Notes: generated by a model from the sequence alone, not told the origin. A DNA stretch of 62,685 nucleotides, filler included, from Deltaproteobacteria bacterium (GCA_016283195.1; 6 parts of 6 records of this genome joined end to end with filler, not necessarily neighbours in it), one strand, 5' to 3'; counted from the whole stretch's first letter, positions 10,801 through 19,669 are shown. Made by a program: numbers and translations.

Positions 10801-11515
10801 GCAGCCCTATGCCGAAGGCAATGATGCCGGCTATTATGGAACCACCGCCGGAGCCTTATATAAAATGCCTCCTGATAATTTTGTATCTGTAGCCCCGCTG
10901 GGCGTAAATGTCACCATGAATGATGGCGTAAGCGATGTAATCATCGCATATTTAGCAAATACTTATAATAATACATTGGCCTGTGGGGTGGTAAATAATA
11001 ATAATCACACTATTTACTGGCATCATTACGATTATTATACTGATGAGATTTCCAATACAACTTCCAATTTGCAAATAAATGATTATTACACAAATCTTCA
11101 GGATGTCAGAGCTATAGCCACCAATGGCAGCAACACCCTCTATCTGGCATTGGAAATTAATACCACCTCAGCTGATGGACATGGCACAGATGATTTTTCG
11201 AGAAAAGTCGTCAATTTATTCAAAGTAACCTTCATGCCCTACAACGACGGCAGCGGGCGATTAAATATTTGTGACCCGACAGAAGTATTTGAAGAAGGCA
11301 CAGACGGAGATGGCACCGACGGAGAAGGAGATGCCAATTCCGATACTCCGCCAAGACCAAAACTGGAGAATCTTAATTATGAGCTGCCCGATGACCTCAC
11401 CGCTCTGGCTTACGTACCGGAAAACGAGACCCACCCGGAACTGCTCTGCTACAGCCAAAATTCTACTGCCAATGGCCAGGTGCGCTGCCTGGTTTTAGGC
11501 AATTTAAACAAATAA
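7874..11515 (+). CDS. Large (1213 aa) hypothetical lipoprotein, acidic, with probable beta-propeller (NHL-like) C-terminal half
   Basis: AGGAGG RBS; lipobox LLSAC. Propeller-like strands GPDGFAYAADFLGNTIWR, NPTSLLLQPNNRLLIADT, VRAIATNGSNTLYLA. Confidence 0.7.
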   Translation: MRNLKNGALILAMLLSACNGGSNRSATLQNSFQITLPKLNSGEELEYINISAKNADSGDTITDFTCQKDKCSVLEQDATGYKISFDTAGQKCQVAVSAVTAIQDGGDGVTDAIYAFSGESSEPCVPGQLCDVAITGRSKVIRAYPRFRALADEAGSGKKANFKAASNEQVGSEDITEEPGNAEDISADNTSGAQLIITLPVAGPGGSKIPLSLPFAAKIEDSHLSWDAILPREVAMRVSVEIDNKKAYIVKNDGNNNDSASDIHCTDLLISDSSLNESELNEVAQLLGLENKDPNCTISLNEFSSFGPCLELAPISGCLLSNDQISALPLTRDAWELCTDNAAYFKDILQKYAEDDEFKKLKNFRGLPDWKVSGILHKQERGANISCHYSLNIDANGLTDYLLYPPKHALEKAISTKVQNVVQQILAADDGFYILEDAFSDISNMLEKDSNMVEYLGTRIIKIPLVTQTDGSTEIDFAATGVVLDNAALEDKSEIHDPLKLRRLDLIGGSVGLLYENNCTNETTDDATNISCKYIPLSGNDKGNFVNINFNEDSDSNSDFGTLGLTNTIMAAIRGEESPIPTTSFSTVLGKIFNGGIFGSIFGNNNGMTSGPTEPPEFLQDFNNLQGNFNLLNFGNKGLILTNDHAVHQIGNDGQERSITFAQYSCEGNEEYEASFDNVVIGPDGFAYAADFLGNTIWRSQESIFAEPVAPEGEEEEEENRCLAMEPFIENLIEPYSLAIKNGLMLVASSALTGNFLTIDTESKVVNKLNEIKQSATENVLVNPTSLLLQPNNRLLIADTTLGVVKQVSVDNGELTKTVGSVLAPRLNGSEAKASEVNLGEIVDIKAASGDDFYLGTMLNYRYVFDRSIYAPRSLIYEYQSSSESLKPVAGNTDGYTDITKYADYRWEIEADSINPKAKELIINRPLFKLPLINDLSASDNDNEYYGYIPNEKREWRNTHISLAHLQGEAFFDTSPQPYAEGNDAGYYGTTAGALYKMPPDNFVSVAPLGVNVTMNDGVSDVIIAYLANTYNNTLACGVVNNNNHTIYWHHYDYYTDEISNTTSNLQINDYYTNLQDVRAIATNGSNTLYLALEINTTSADGHGTDDFSRKVVNLFKVTFMPYNDGSGRLNICDPTEVFEEGTDGDGTDGEGDANSDTPPRPKLENLNYELPDDLTALAYVPENETHPELLCYSQNSTANGQVRCLVLGNLNK

Positions 11516-11535
11516 TTCGATCTTGCTAATAATCA

Positions 11536-12708
11536 CTAATGGCGTGCGATAAGCTCTTTGGCCTTGGCGCGGCTTTCGCCATCTATCGCCAAAACTTCTT
11601 CATAATCGGCAGGTTCTGTCACTTTATGGGCCAGGAGCACTTTTTCGACTACATCATAAATAGCGGTAAAAGGAATCTCCCCTCTAAGAAAAGCGGGCAC
11701 TGCCACTTCATCGGCCCCATTTAGGGCAATAGGCGCCGAGTGACCCATTTTAAGCGCCTCTTTGGCCAAATCCACCGAAGGGAAAGGCGCCATATCGAGA
11801 CCAAAAAATTCCACTGGTGCGAGGTGGGCAAAATCGAGCAGCGGCGGCTCTTTGGTGGTATTAAGCGGCGCCCGCTCGGGGTAAAAGAGAGCATAAGAGA
11901 TGGGCAGGCGCATATCCGGCGGCCCCATTTGCGCGACAACCTGGCCGTCCACAAATTCCACCATAGAGTGCACAATGCTTTTGGGCTGAATAAGCACCGA
12001 AATTTGCTCCGGCGGCACTTTAAAAAGCCAATATGCCTCAATAACTTCCAGCGCTTTGTTCATCATGGTGGCCGAATCGATAGTCACCTTGGCGCCCATA
12101 TTCCAATTAGGGTGCTTTAGAGCCATCTCCGGCGTTACCCTGGCTAAATCTGCCCCTTTAAGGCCTCTAAAGGGGCCGCCGCTGGCTGTCAAAAGCAAGC
12201 GCTTTATCTCATTATGGGCGCCGCTCTTAAGGCACTGGAAAATGGCCGAATGCTCACTATCCACCGGAATAATGGCCGCTTTTGGGTGCTCTTTTAGAGT
12301 CTTTTCCACCAAATGGCCACCGGCCACCAGCGATTCCTTATTCGCCAGAGCCAGCTTTTTGTCGGCGCAAATAGCCGCCAGAGTGGATTTCAGGCCGGCA
12401 ATACCCACCAGAGCTCCTACCACCAAGTCAGCTGCGCCCGCTGTGGCACAGGCTAAAATGCCCTCTTCACCGCCCAAAACCTCAGCTTTGTAATCCAGTT
12501 TGGCTGCCAGTTCTTTGGCCAGAGAAGCCTCGCTTATGCCCAAAAGCGGCACCCGGTATTTATTAGCTATCTCAGCTAATTTATTAATATTTTGCTTAGC
12601 GCAAGCGGCAACTAGTTTAAATTTCTGCGGAAAGCGCTCAATAATATCGAGCGTACTGCCGCCGATAGAGCCGGTAGCGCCGAGTAAGGATACATTCAGG
12701 CTTTTCAT
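11536..12708 (-). CDS. dxr: 1-deoxy-D-xylulose-5-phosphate reductoisomerase
   Basis: LLGATGSIG, LALANKESLV, PVDSEHSAIFQ, LTASGGPFR, HPNWNMGAKVTIDSATMMNKALEVIEA motifs. Confidence 0.98.
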   Translation of the reverse strand: MKSLNVSLLGATGSIGGSTLDIIERFPQKFKLVAACAKQNINKLAEIANKYRVPLLGISEASLAKELAAKLDYKAEVLGGEEGILACATAGAADLVVGALVGIAGLKSTLAAICADKKLALANKESLVAGGHLVEKTLKEHPKAAIIPVDSEHSAIFQCLKSGAHNEIKRLLLTASGGPFRGLKGADLARVTPEMALKHPNWNMGAKVTIDSATMMNKALEVIEAYWLFKVPPEQISVLIQPKSIVHSMVEFVDGQVVAQMGPPDMRLPISYALFYPERAPLNTTKEPPLLDFAHLAPVEFFGLDMAPFPSVDLAKEALKMGHSAPIALNGADEVAVPAFLRGEIPFTAIYDVVEKVLLAHKVTEPADYEEVLAIDGESRAKAKELIARH

Positions 12709-12723
12709 ATTTCTTTTTGTTTC

Positions 12724-13065
12724 TTAGCGCGGAACCACAAAAATGCGTGTTTCGCCATTGTATTCATAAATATTGATGCCGGCCCATTTGCCGTTTTTGC
12801 GGGTATTTTCCAGATATTTAGCCTTTAAATTATTCTGGTGAATAATAGTGCGCCATTTAAAGCCACCGCCGGAATTTCTCAGCATCCGCCGGTAGTTCAT
12901 TAAAGTTTCGTTATAATTATTGGGGCAGCGATAACGGCCCGGCTCAATTTGCTTGGCTCCGCTGATTATAGGGGGATTTGTAAAATCATCGGCCCGGGCT
13001 AAAGGCGCTGCCAGGAGCAAAATGGCCACCACCAAGGTACCGATTAGCAGAGTTTTTCTCATCAT
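12724..13065 (-). CDS. Small secreted hypothetical protein
   Basis: Signal peptide ending ARA-D. It overlaps the upstream Hsp70-family gene by 4 nt (ATGA), suggesting translational coupling. Confidence 0.7.
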   Translation of the reverse strand: MMRKTLLIGTLVVAILLLAAPLARADDFTNPPIISGAKQIEPGRYRCPNNYNETLMNYRRMLRNSGGGFKWRTIIHQNNLKAKYLENTRKNGKWAGINIYEYNGETRIFVVPR

Positions 13066-13792
13066 GCTCCCTCCACTGACAAATTAACCTGTTGTTCCAA
13101 AGTAACGCCGGTATCTATGTCGTGAGCGTATATCGAAAGAATGCCCTCCACACTTAAGCTCATTATAGCTTCCACGCGCACAGTACCCCGCGCCCCCGGC
13201 CTAAGTCCGCTCAAAATAAACTCGCCTAAAAGAGTATTTTCGCGGGCCACCATGCTGTCACCCTGATAAATTCTTATCACCAGCGCGGCTTGATTATCGC
13301 GCGAATTGGTAAATTGGAAAGAGCGCTGGTTGGGCACCGGTGAGTTGCGGTCAAAAAGAATGTGCATATTACCATGAAAATCTTCAATACCGATAGCCAT
13401 GGGAATCACATCCAAAAGTTGCAACTTGGTATTGGTATTATCAGCCAGGCTATGGGCAAAGAGAGCGGCGCCGACAGCCACCGCTTCATCGGGATGCACT
13501 TGCTTGGAAGGAGAGCGACCGAAGAACTTGGTTATGCGCTCTTCCAAAAGGGGCATACGCGTCTGCCCGCCAACCAAAAGCACTTCATCAATATCGGCCG
13601 GGCTGGCACCGGCATCGTCCAGCACCTGGACACAGGTTTCCAGCGTATGATCAATGAGGTCGGAGACCAAAACTTCATAATCTTCCCTGGTGATAACCAG
13701 AGACAAATCTTTGGGCATACCATCATCGGTCATGGTAATAAAGGGAATAAAAAATTCCTTTTCGGCGCAGGAAGAGAGCTCGATTTTTACCT
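13062..13792 (-). CDS. Hsp70/DnaK-family protein, 3' fragment (5' part lost at the contig end)
   Basis: KIELSS, IDEVLLVGGQTRMP, VHPDEAVAVGAA, LLDVIPMAIGIE and IYQGD...NTLLGEF motifs. The frame is open up to the N spacer. Confidence 0.9.
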
Positions 13793-13892
13793 NNNNNNNN
13801 NNNNNNNNNNNNNNNNNNNNNNNNNNNNNNNNNNNNTTAATTAATTAANNNNNNNNNNNNNNNNNNNNNNNNNNNNNNNNNNNNNNNNNNNN
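13793..13892. other. Artificial contig-joining spacer
   Basis: 100 nt: N-run + TTAATTAATTAA (stops in all frames) + N-run. Identical design five times in the window. Confidence 0.98.
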
Positions 13893-14544
13893 CACCAAAG
13901 GCCATTACCATTACATAAGCGCCGAAGCAGCCGGCAAATGGCTGGGTTCGGAACTCGATTTCCAGCGCATCAATGTCAACTTTACCTATTACCACCCAAT
14001 TTACTGGCAACAGCTGGTGCTCAAAGTAAATGCCCGCCTGGGTTATATCCATAGCTTTGACCCCCATGGCGTGCCGCTGGCCGAGCGCTACTTCCCCGGC
14101 GGCATTTATACTCTGCGCGGCTTTGAATACCGCACTTTGGGCCCGCAGGTGAATATTCCCACCGACGGCACCAACCCGCTCTCCGCCGGTTCGGCCTTTC
14201 CCATCGGTGGCAATAAGCAATTTATCTTCAATCTGGAACTGGAATTTCCTCTTTTCCCGGCCGTGGGCTTAAAAGGTGTAGTCTTTGCCGATGCCGGTAA
14301 CGCCTGGGGCGAAAACGAAAACTATTTTTATGTAGGCCGCGATAAAGATTTAATTCCCGATGCTTATGTGCTGGGCAGCAATAAGCGCATTAAGCCGCCG
14401 CTCGGTCTCTTTTACTCTTTTGGTTTCGGTATTCGCTGGATGAGTCCCATGGGACTACTCCGCTTTGAATGGGGTATTCCAATCACCAAGGTGCACCCGG
14501 AGGCCAAAGCTATTCAATTTGAATTTACCATTGGCTCGTATTAG
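13893..14544 (+). CDS. bamA: Outer membrane protein assembly factor BamA, 3' fragment
   Basis: ERYFPGGIYTLRGF (VRGF-type loop), IGGNKQ, FADAGNAW, GFGIRWMSPMGLLRFEWGIP and FEFTIG motifs. The frame is open from the contig start. Confidence 0.88.
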
Positions 14545-14601
14545 CCACTTGCATTTTTCTCGCGGTTTATATATAAGTTGTGCCCTGTTGTGGAGGCTCA
14601 A

Positions 14602-15036
14602 ATGAGTAATCAAAAAGTCCTTGTTCCTGTTGATTTTACCCCGGAGAGTGATATCGCTCTGGATATGGCTCTCTCCTACTGTTATGCCGTAAAAGCCGAC
14701 CTTTACGTCTTTCACGTCATAGAGAATCCGCCAAAATCTTTTCTCGATATTGACAAGCTCAATGCCGAGCTCCTGGAAAAAATGAAATCCTTGGTAGTGA
14801 GCGCAGTTGACAGAGCAGCTAAAGACGGTCGCTCTCATGTGGTGGAAGATGTCTATCGACGCATTGACACCGGAAAAGCCTGGCACTCCATTTTGAGCAT
14901 GGCCGGCAATTTAAATGCCGATATGATCGTCATGGGCCACCATCCCAAAGGCTCAACCTGGAAAAAAGTTTTGGAAAAGGCTCCATGCACCGTTGTTCTG
15001 GCCCGCGAAAAAGATATTGATTTCGTGCTAAAATAA
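14602..15036 (+). CDS. Universal stress protein (UspA family)
   Basis: KVLVPVDFTPES, HVI, G-x-A-x-x-x-I, ADMIVMG and VLEKAPCTVVL motifs. GGAGG before the ATG at 14602. Confidence 0.9.
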   Translation: MSNQKVLVPVDFTPESDIALDMALSYCYAVKADLYVFHVIENPPKSFLDIDKLNAELLEKMKSLVVSAVDRAAKDGRSHVVEDVYRRIDTGKAWHSILSMAGNLNADMIVMGHHPKGSTWKKVLEKAPCTVVLAREKDIDFVLK

Positions 15037-15058
15037 TAACAATTTTGAGGTATTAGCC

Positions 15059-15547
15059 ATGAGTGACACTGAAATTGCCCAAGAGGGTAAAAAAGAACTT
15101 GTTCCCTATTGTGAATTTATTCGCGCTGTCTCATACGAGAAGTTTTTGGAGATTTACACCTTAGCTCCGCGCAAATCCCGGGCTATTATTGCTAAACGCG
15201 TTGGTGTAAAAAAGAAAACCAAAGGCTTTATCTCCGGCATGAAGGATAGAAACGACAAATTAGTGCACGATATCTATGATTCCATGCTGGAACATAACGA
15301 CCACCAATTGGCCGAACAGCTGATTCGCAACTTTCTTTATAATAAGCGCCCCATGCTGAAAGTGGCCCTCGATTATATGCATATTCCCAATGATGACGGC
15401 CTCACCGAGGGCGAGCTCGATGCTTTTGAAAAGCTCTCCGCTGAGGAAGCTGCCAAATTGCAAGCCACTTTAAAGGCCGATTTCCCGGCCGAAGATGTTT
15501 ATCTCTATTTGCGTTTCCTTAATGTCCCGCATATCGACGCCATCTAA
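15059..15547 (+). CDS. Hypothetical protein (helical, cytoplasmic)
   Basis: 162-aa ORF with GAGG RBS, co-directional with the usp gene. No recognised motif. Confidence 0.7.
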   Translation: MSDTEIAQEGKKELVPYCEFIRAVSYEKFLEIYTLAPRKSRAIIAKRVGVKKKTKGFISGMKDRNDKLVHDIYDSMLEHNDHQLAEQLIRNFLYNKRPMLKVALDYMHIPNDDGLTEGELDAFEKLSAEEAAKLQATLKADFPAEDVYLYLRFLNVPHIDAI

Positions 15548-15613
15548 TTACACAAAATTAATTGGCGAGACTTATCCAAAAATTAAGTAGCTAGCACGCT
15601 TGCATTGTTTTAA

Positions 15614-15641
15614 TTGACTCATAAAATTTTCATAATAGAAT
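15614..15641 (+). promoter_or_regulatory. Sigma70-like promoter upstream of the tail-fibre-like gene
   Basis: TTGACT (15614-15619), 16-nt spacer, TAGAAT (15636-15641) in an AT-rich intergenic region. Confidence 0.5.
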
Positions 15642-15704
15642 ATAACTGTTAGGCTGCTATTATTGCACCTAACTAAGCCATCTTGCTCATAAGGAGACGG
15701 GAAA

Positions 15705-17051
15705 ATGCGCAAATTCATTATGGCAGCTTTTGTTCTACTTTTAACAAGTTCGGCCTATGGGGCAGTACCACTTTCTTTTACCCACCACGGTGTGCTTAAA
15801 GAAAATGGCGACCCGGTAAATGGTCAGCATACTATAAAAGCCGTTATTTACAACGAAGTTGGGACAGTAGTTGGCCAAAATGAAGAGCAGAAGGATATAA
15901 CTTCCGGCCTTTATACTTTGGTTATTCCCAATATTGATGCCGCCTTGGTCACAAAAGCCAACAAGCTTGAACTCGCCATCAGCGTAGATGGTGAAGCACT
16001 CTCACCACGCCTACCCATAAATAGCGTCCCCTATGCCATAGCTACCGAACATGCCGAAACAGCAAGTCGTGTCTATTTGACTGGTTCATATAATTATAAA
16101 AAAGTTGGAGCACCCCTGGAAGCAGCGCCGGATGATGCCAATGCTTGTTCCTGCGACACTAATGAAGAGACGGCTGATTGTCCGACCCAGGGATTTGACG
16201 TTTCTGTTAATGAGGGTGATCAATGTTATGATAAATTTGGAATTTATTACATTATTTTTGAACTGAGTAATGCTATGGCCACCAATGCCATCGCTCTTGA
16301 CAATGGCAAATTAGGCCTTGGCACTAGCAGCCCAGTCGCCCCCTTGGATATTCTCAATAATAGCGGCGCTGATAATTATGAAGCCATTATTGCCGACACT
16401 GTGCCAGAAGTGCTTTTTGAAGATTTAGATGGCGATAATGTTTCTATCAGTGTAGATGATGGTACTTTAAAAATAAATGGCAATATTGAGTCGGCAAACT
16501 TCAAAACAAATCAAGTAAATGCCACTAGTATAGGTCCAGATTTACTCAATGTTCTTTACCCCATCGGCGCCATTTATATCAGCACTACAGCCACCAATCC
16601 AGGAACCACTCTTGGCGGCACCTGGGAAGCTTTTGGCAAAGGGAAAACACTAGTGGGCGTAGATAACAACGATGATGATTTTGCTACCGTGGAAAAGACC
16701 GGCGGCGAAAAAACACACACTTTGAGCACCAATGAAATGCCAAGTCATGATCACTCATTTACTGGTACTGAGGGCACGGTTAACGTATCCGGCGGTGATC
16801 ACAGGCACCAAGTAGTTGATGATAACAAGACTAAAATGGAGAAAGTACCTAGTGCTGATGGAGGAAACGGTGGAAACTGGTCTGGCGATGGAACCGGTTG
16901 GGGCCAGTGGAGTTATAGTAGATATTCCGGGGAATTATCAATGTCCGGCAAATTTACCCCCAGCGGCTCTATAGGTTCAACTGGCGAGGGTGCAGCTCAT
17001 AATAATCTCCAGCCTTACATCACCGTCTACATGTGGAAACGCACTAAATAA
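15705..17051 (+). CDS. Secreted phage tail-fibre/baseplate(gp10 C-terminal)-like adhesin
   Basis: Sec signal (SSAYG-AVP); VPLSFTHHGVL N-domain ending SVPYA; LGLGTSSPVAPLDI fibre motif; C-terminal YPIGAIYISTTATNP...GTWEAFGKGKTLVGVD...TGGEKTHTLSTNEMPSHDH...HNNLQPYITVYMWKRT. Confidence 0.75.
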   Translation: MRKFIMAAFVLLLTSSAYGAVPLSFTHHGVLKENGDPVNGQHTIKAVIYNEVGTVVGQNEEQKDITSGLYTLVIPNIDAALVTKANKLELAISVDGEALSPRLPINSVPYAIATEHAETASRVYLTGSYNYKKVGAPLEAAPDDANACSCDTNEETADCPTQGFDVSVNEGDQCYDKFGIYYIIFELSNAMATNAIALDNGKLGLGTSSPVAPLDILNNSGADNYEAIIADTVPEVLFEDLDGDNVSISVDDGTLKINGNIESANFKTNQVNATSIGPDLLNVLYPIGAIYISTTATNPGTTLGGTWEAFGKGKTLVGVDNNDDDFATVEKTGGEKTHTLSTNEMPSHDHSFTGTEGTVNVSGGDHRHQVVDDNKTKMEKVPSADGGNGGNWSGDGTGWGQWSYSRYSGELSMSGKFTPSGSIGSTGEGAAHNNLQPYITVYMWKRTK

Positions 17052-17084
17052 GCTTTCTTTCATCTTTTCATAAGCCCCAAAAAC

Positions 17085-17113
17085 CTGCTATACTGCGCCG
17101 CCGGGAGGAAGCC
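17085..17113 (+). promoter_or_regulatory. Extended -10 promoter + RBS block of the AAA-nuclease gene
   Basis: TGcTATACT (17086-17094) followed by GGGAGG. A near-identical block precedes the AAA gene at 60241. Confidence 0.55.
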
Positions 17114-18667
17114 ATGACTACACACCGTTATCCTCTGGGAATTCAAACATTTGCCAAACTACGGCAGCAAGGCTTTGTCTATGTAGATAAAACAGCCTAC
17201 ATATATCAATTGACTCATGGTGATTCTATTTATCACTTTCTCTCCCGCCCGCGTCGCTTCGGCAAAAGCCTTTTAATTTCCACACTTGAGGCTTATTTTA
17301 AAGGGCAAAACGAGCTTTTTGCCGGCCTAGCCATTGCCGAACTGGAAAAGGATTGGCAAAAATACCCAGTTTTGCATATGGATTTAACCGGCGTGAATTA
17401 CCACGAGCCAGAAAATCTGCAAAAAACGCTAAATAGCACGCTCTGTCAATGGGAAAAAATTTATGATGCTGATCCGCAAGATGAAACACTAGGCGACCGT
17501 TTTATGGGCGTCATTAGGCGGGCCTGTGAAAAGACTGGGCACCAGGTTGTATTGCTGGTCGATGAATACGAAAAGCCCATTTTAGACACTTTGAATGATG
17601 AGCCCTTGCAAGAGCGCCACCGCCAGACCCTTAACGGCTTTTACGGCGGCATAAAAAAAAGCGACCCCTATCTTAAATTTGTGCTCATGACCGGGGTGAC
17701 CAAAATCGGGAAATTAAGCGTCTTTAGTGCTTTAAACAATATCACCGATATTTCCATGCTGCCGGAATATGCCGCTATTTGCGGCATAACCGAGCCGGAG
17801 CTGGAAAGTGTTTTTCATGCTGATATTCAGGCCATGGCTGATGAGAATCAAGCCACATATGATGAGATGAAGGCGCTTTTAAAGCGCGAATACAATGGTT
17901 ACCATTTTTCCCGCAAAATGGAGAGCAGCGTTTATAATCCTTACAGTATGCTAAATGCTCTAGCTCATAAAGAAATCCGCCATTATTGGTATGAAACCGG
18001 CACGCCCACTTTCTTAGTGGAACTTATAAAAAAATATCGCCCAAATTTGGGCCAGCTGGAAAATGTAACGATAGATGCCGATGCCCTTTCTATGGTTAAT
18101 TCTTTTGCCAGTAATCCTTTGCCCATTCTCTACCAGAGCGGCTATTTGACCATCAGCGGCTATGATCCGGAATTTTCCGTATATACGCTTAATTACCCTA
18201 ATAATGAGGTAAAAAAAGGCTTTTTAAAAGGACTTTTGCCACTGGTACTTGGCGAAGAGCGCTCTAGCGAGTTTAGTGTTTCCCATTTTGTGCGTGCCGT
18301 GCGCCAAGGTGATACCGACGCTTTTTTTGAGCGCATTGCCGCTTTGCTTGCTGCTGTGCCTTATGAGGTAAAGCTCAATTATGAAGTGCATTTTCAAAAT
18401 TTTCTCTATTTACTTTTTAAACTGATGGGCTTTTACACCGAGGTGGAATACCACACAGCCAAAGGGCGGGTTGATTTAGTGCTTAAAACCGATAAATACA
18501 TTTATATTATGGAATTTAAGCGCGATAGCAGCGCCGAGGCAGCTTTAAAGCAAATAAAAGATAAAGATTACGCTGCGCCATTTAAAGAGGACGGGCGGCA
18601 AATTATCCTGGTTGGTGCCAATTTTGCTTCCGATATGAGCGGGCTAGCGGGCGTGCTGGTGGAATAA
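17114..18667 (+). CDS. AAA-ATPase-like domain + PD-(D/E)XK nuclease protein
   Basis: YPLGIQTF, YVDKT, FLSRPRRFGKSL, LVDEYEKP, YNPYS, YWYETGTP, LYQSGYLTI, PNNEV and GRVDLV...IMEFK motifs. Confidence 0.92.
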   Translation: MTTHRYPLGIQTFAKLRQQGFVYVDKTAYIYQLTHGDSIYHFLSRPRRFGKSLLISTLEAYFKGQNELFAGLAIAELEKDWQKYPVLHMDLTGVNYHEPENLQKTLNSTLCQWEKIYDADPQDETLGDRFMGVIRRACEKTGHQVVLLVDEYEKPILDTLNDEPLQERHRQTLNGFYGGIKKSDPYLKFVLMTGVTKIGKLSVFSALNNITDISMLPEYAAICGITEPELESVFHADIQAMADENQATYDEMKALLKREYNGYHFSRKMESSVYNPYSMLNALAHKEIRHYWYETGTPTFLVELIKKYRPNLGQLENVTIDADALSMVNSFASNPLPILYQSGYLTISGYDPEFSVYTLNYPNNEVKKGFLKGLLPLVLGEERSSEFSVSHFVRAVRQGDTDAFFERIAALLAAVPYEVKLNYEVHFQNFLYLLFKLMGFYTEVEYHTAKGRVDLVLKTDKYIYIMEFKRDSSAEAALKQIKDKDYAAPFKEDGRQIILVGANFASDMSGLAGVLVE

Positions 18668-18760
18668 ATTGCTTAACTTGCCGCTTAAAACTGTGGTTTT
18701 GTACCAATAATGCCAAATGCGGATACTGCTTTCCGCTATTAGCGATAGGAATTTAACAAT

Positions 18761-19669
18761 ATGCTTAGTTTAAAATGTGACAACTGCGGCGCGGAGATGA
18801 GCGTAAGCTCCGCCGGCGACCTCCTCTGTCCCTATTGCGGCACCAAAAGTTCCTTTAGCGATGCTGAGTTACTGGAATATAAAGCCTTTCGCCGCCGGCT
18901 CTTGGAATATTTGGCAGCCGTCAGCGATAACAAGCAAAGTTCCGCCGATGATGAAGCCATCTGGTCTATGGCCGAAGCTGTTTCTTTCCCCACTAACAAT
19001 GGCCCGGTTATTACGGTAAATCACCTTTTTAAAGCCACTATTGACGATGTGGAAATGTATATGGCCCGGCGCAATATCGTCACTATTTTTGACCGGGGGG
19101 CCGCACCCAAACGCGACACAACTGTGCAAAACATCCAAAAGATCACTTTCCCCCGCGCCGATTCGCGCCATCTGGAGCAGTGCGTACCGCAAATCGCCGG
19201 CTCTTATGAACTAACAGATGGCCGGCAAATGCTCATTTTTAGTAAAAACGAGTCATTTTACCCGCTGGCACTTTTTGGCAACCTCCCTTATGAACACACT
19301 GCCTGGGTGGTTTCACGCATGGAAAATATCGCCTGTCTTTTAGAATATAATGACTTGGTGCATAACGGCTTTTCACCGGATACACTCTTTATAAATCCCA
19401 AGACTCACGAGGCGGCACTTTTAGGCGCTTGGTGGCTGGCTGAGCCAATGAACGCCGCCAACAGCACCAAAGACTTACTAGGCTTACGCCAGGTGGCTAA
19501 AGATCTTTTAAAACCGACTTATGCCGATATTCCCCCGATGTTTAAAAAGTTTTTGGAAGAAAAGCCGGCGGATGATGCCTTCGCCGATTTTAGCAAATGG
19601 GATTATGTAATAGAAAATGGCCTGGGCGGCCGCAAATTCCATAAATTGGAGCTAGGTGTCAGAGGGTAA
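18761..19669 (+). CDS. Zinc-ribbon + degenerate protein-kinase-like fold protein
   Basis: N-terminal CDNC...CPYC. C-terminal HTAWVVSRMENIACLLEYNDLVHNGFSPDTLFINPKTHEAALLGAWW resembles a kinase C-lobe without canonical HRD/DFG. Confidence 0.55.
   Translation: MLSLKCDNCGAEMSVSSAGDLLCPYCGTKSSFSDAELLEYKAFRRRLLEYLAAVSDNKQSSADDEAIWSMAEAVSFPTNNGPVITVNHLFKATIDDVEMYMARRNIVTIFDRGAAPKRDTTVQNIQKITFPRADSRHLEQCVPQIAGSYELTDGRQMLIFSKNESFYPLALFGNLPYEHTAWVVSRMENIACLLEYNDLVHNGFSPDTLFINPKTHEAALLGAWWLAEPMNAANSTKDLLGLRQVAKDLLKPTYADIPPMFKKFLEEKPADDAFADFSKWDYVIENGLGGRKFHKLELGVRG

Noticed and set aside
15705-17051. Prophage
   Set aside because: A single fibre-like gene with a signal peptide; no integrase, terminase, capsid or lysis genes nearby.
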